A DNA stretch of 64,000 nt, taken from an uncultured Verrucomicrobiae bacterium. Lineage in GTDB: Bacteria > Verrucomicrobiota > Verrucomicrobiia > Limisphaerales > Palsa-1400. The notes under the pieces were generated by a model. It searched no databases and was not told where the DNA came from. It saw only the letters and a program-made list of their open reading frames with translations. Shown piece after piece: positions 61,004 to 64,000 of the stretch (position 1 is its first letter; each line of letters starts with the position of its first letter). The stretch lies in the NCBI GenBank assembly GCA_963702845.1, contig OY969763.1, forward strand, positions 5,920,001-5,984,000, written 5' to 3'. The position numbers were made by a program, and so were the translations under genes.

Positions 61004-61998
61004 TAGTCGATGCTGATTTGTGCTTTTTGCTCTTCCGACAACAACTCCTGCGCGCCCTGGACAACGACGCGGTCGCCGGCTTTCACTGCATTGGTGGATG
61101 ATTGGAACCATCCGCCTTGCGCCGGAATTTGGAGCGAGACTTCAGTGCGGGTGAGAGTGTTCGTGCTCGTGGCAACGTAGGTCCACACTTTGCCGATGAA
61201 CTGCACGACGGCCGATTCCGGCACTGTGACGCCTTGCTGAGCCGCGCTGGTCGTTTGCAACAGAGCTCTGATCGATGCGCCCGGACGCACTTGCGTCGAA
61301 TCGCATTCGAGGATGAACCCTTCGCCCTGCGTTTTCGGATCCACCTTCGTTGCTCGGGAAATCACTTTCGCAGTCTGCCATTGTTCAGAACTCAACGTGG
61401 TGATGCGAGCTGCCGTTGGTTCATCTGAAATCGCTTCGCCGGCAGGCAAGTCCATGCGAGCAATGGCCGTTTTGTTCGCGAGAAGATTGTTGATCAAGGT
61501 TTGTAAATTGGTGGCGGAAAGTTTTGAAATATTCTGCCCCCACTCGAGTGCGATTTGTTGCTGGAGCGATTGCAGTTTAATCTCGTTGGCGCGAACGTCG
61601 GCTTCGGTGGATTCCAAAGTTTTGCGCGCGACATTTTCACCTTGATCAAAGAGCGATTTTGCACGGGCGGCAGCCTTTTTGGATGTTTCAAGCGACACCA
61701 ACGTCGTGGCCATTTCGTTTTGAGAAGTAATCAGAGACGTCGGGTCGAGCACCATGCCGTATGCGGCTAGTTCCGGCGTGTGCTGCGTCGACTTAAGTTC
61801 TTCGAGCTTCAAACCGATTCGCTTCTGCGCTTCGTCAGTTACCGTCACAATGACGTCGCCCTTTTCCGAGCGTTTGATTTCAATCGGTTTGGCTTCAGTC
61901 GTCGCTGCCTCAGCCGGTTTTTCCGCGGGTTTGGAGCAGCCGAAAGCTAACGCCAGGCATAGAAGCAGCAGTCCCACGTGCTGTTTTAAAATTTTCAT
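61003..61998 (-). CDS. RND periplasmic adaptor (membrane fusion lipoprotein)
   Basis: Lipobox LAFGC; 'VTVPESAVV', 'GDRVVVQGAQELLSEE'. Confidence 0.88.
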   Translation of the reverse strand: MKILKQHVGLLLLCLALAFGCSKPAEKPAEAATTEAKPIEIKRSEKGDVIVTVTDEAQKRIGLKLEELKSTQHTPELAAYGMVLDPTSLITSQNEMATTLVSLETSKKAAARAKSLFDQGENVARKTLESTEADVRANEIKLQSLQQQIALEWGQNISKLSATNLQTLINNLLANKTAIARMDLPAGEAISDEPTAARITTLSSEQWQTAKVISRATKVDPKTQGEGFILECDSTQVRPGASIRALLQTTSAAQQGVTVPESAVVQFIGKVWTYVATSTNTLTRTEVSLQIPAQGGWFQSSTNAVKAGDRVVVQGAQELLSEEQKAQISID

Positions 61999-63405
61999 CG
62001 TTTGTCTTTCTCAGTCGCGAGATCGGGTGAGGCGAGCAAGCGAACATTCGTTGGCTCCGAAATTGGCTTTTGCACGGCATTTTCCAAGGCTCCGAGAGCT
62101 TGTTGCACAACGCGGAGCGATTCCAGTTGTCCGCGACGCGCTTCCAGTCGTTGTAACTGCGCGATCCAAACTGCTGATTGATCGGCTTCACCGGCTTGAA
62201 CAGTCGCTTCGGCCGATTTGAAATTGTGAGTCTGTGCCGCGATCAAAGTGCTATCATTGGTCCACTGCATATACGCGCGGCGATACGCGGCCAGCCCGCG
62301 TTCCGTATCCTGAATGGCTGCGGACTGAACTGCCAAAAACCGAACCTCCGCTTCCTTTCGCTTCGCTTCAGCCTCGGTGATCGGTCCCGCGATTGCGGCT
62401 CAAGATCGGAAGAGTTGCCGACGCACCGATGCCAAACTTGTGTTCGCCCTGATCAAATTCGTAACCGGGGCTGATGTGAACGTCCGGATATTGTTTCGCA
62501 ATTTCCAATTGAAGCGCCGCCTCGCTCGCCGCATATTCCGCCAGCGAGCGACGGACGTCGAGCCGGTTTAGAACGCCCGCAGTCTGCACAGCCGCTTTCG
62601 AGACATGTTCCGGTTTCGGCGGTTCGTCGTAGCGCCAATGGACGCGCATCTTTTCGAAAACCGACATGGGAATACCCAACGATGCAGCCACTTGGTATCG
62701 CGCCTCCGCCAAACGTGTCTCGGCTTTGGTTTGTGCAATTGATGAGCTGATAAACTCCGTGCGTACCACGTTCACCTCGATGTGCGAGGCTTCACCAGCT
62801 TGGGCGTAACGTTCCAAGCGAGCCAGAAGGTTTGAACGCAAATTCATTTCCGTCCGCAAATACTGCGCATCAAGGTCCGCCGCGTAATACTCAACCAGGT
62901 TCGACCGCAAATCGCCGCGAACTTTCCATGCCGCTTCACCCAACGCCAGTTGCGACGCGAGCGTCAATTGCTTGGCCTGTTCGCGCCGGTGCTTCCGCTT
63001 CCCTGCCGTCTCAATCGGGATATCCCAACTGAATCCAAAAAGCCACGGGGAGGTGCCGGTATCCGAATTGACGGCATATTGGGGCGCGAAACTGACGCTT
63101 GGGTTGGGCCGTTCTCCCGCGGAAATTTCCCCAGCCGCAGATTCCGCCACTTTCGCACGCGCCAACTGCAGGTCGGGATGAAAGTAGAACGCAACGAGCG
63201 TCAGGGCTTCCAGGTCGAATTCTTGAGGCGGCCAGTTTGCGGCTAGATTGGTCGAGTTTTTCGCGATGAACTCACGCAGCCCGACGTCGTCAATTGCTCT
63301 CGATCGAAATGCCGCCTCCGTTCGCGCTGGCGAAATCGGGGCAGGCTTGTAGCTGACGCACCCCGCGAGAATCCCCAAAAAAATGACAAACAAACAACGC
63401 TTCAC
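61995..63405 (-). CDS. TolC/CzcC family outer-membrane factor, apparent +1 frameshift near 62387
   Basis: Lipobox LAGC; 'ERPNP', 'IETAGKR', 'AKQYPD'. Removing one G gives 'RNRGPITEAEAKRKEA', joining ORF 61995-62336. Confidence 0.85.
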
Positions 63406-63573
63406 AGTCGGTGTTAGTCAACGCAAACGGGCACCGCAAATCAAGGAGCGCTGCATGACACTTTCTTCATGGAATGCCGAAAAAGTGCCGTAAAGATGAT
63501 GGTTTCTGTTTATTTCCAAACCGAGATGTGATTGAATAACAATCCGGCACACGCCGTCTGAAAAGAGCCCAAT

Positions 63574-64000
63574 ATGTTCATTAGCAGTTTCTCGAAATCC
63601 GTTCGTCCGTTGTTTTCCAAACTTTCAGCTTTCGGTGCCGCTTCGGTTATCGTCCTGTCACTTGCCGCAAATTCCCATGCGCAATTGAGTAAAGGGTTTC
63701 AAATCCTTCTCACCCGCGGATTACAGACGCAAGGCCTCTCGCAATGGAACGATTTTTGGACCTACTCGACCTACACCAATGCCAATTACACCTCCGTTAA
63801 CTGGGGTGCGCAATCGCGCCCCGAATGGATGGCGCCGGGAATGGTGTGGTCGCGCTGGGCCAACGACGAGACGCAAATGCCACCGCAGGACTTCGGCAAT
63901 GGCGACGAAGCTCTCGTCATGACCAACCTTGTCGCTTTGCAATTGGCAGACGAATGGAACCTGAACGACGACAATACTCGCACCCGCCTCGTCAATTGGT
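63574..64000 (+). CDS. Secreted hypothetical protein (partial, runs off the window)
   Basis: Manual translation is open to the window end: 'MFISSFSK...VIVLSLAANSHA|QLSKGFQILLTRGLQTQG...WSRW'. Confidence 0.7.
   Translation, partial: MFISSFSKSVRPLFSKLSAFGAASVIVLSLAANSHAQLSKGFQILLTRGLQTQGLSQWNDFWTYSTYTNANYTSVNWGAQSRPEWMAPGMVWSRWANDETQMPPQDFGNGDEALVMTNLVALQLADEWNLNDDNTRTRLVNW

Overview
A roughly 56% GC bacterial chromosomal segment. Gene content and repeat types suggest Verrucomicrobiota, probably Pedosphaera-like; this is inference. Core blocks: heme synthesis (hemE-hemN-hemY-hemH) followed by an MbfA-type iron exporter; a cbb3 oxidase operon (ccoI-S-NO-Q-P-G-H plus DsbD_2); prpBC; coaC-sensor kinase-sigma54 regulator-obgE-uvrB; argD-argF; mqnE-mqnA; and a CusCBA-like RND pump. 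No rRNA, tRNA, CRISPR array, transposase or integrase was seen. The most unusual signals are missed by the ORF track. (1) A non-coding element is present twice (about 8.08-8.47 kb minus, 57.65-57.84 kb plus), built as sigma70 promoter, GC-rich leader, boxA-like GTTCTTTGA and a 10-bp-periodic array that is 43/47 identical between copies. (2) A 38-codon leader ORF with antiterminator and terminator precedes a gene of unknown function (10.5-11.2 kb). (3) An XRE-HTH fused to a degenerate GalU-like domain has paired palindromic operators and a divergent small Cys-rich gene (1-1.5 kb). (4) Phi-1/EXORDIUM-like genes occur in tandem with a co-duplicated promoter. (5) A palindromic element is translated in frame at the end of ccoI. 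Five genes carry single apparent frameshifts, most likely sequencing or assembly indels.
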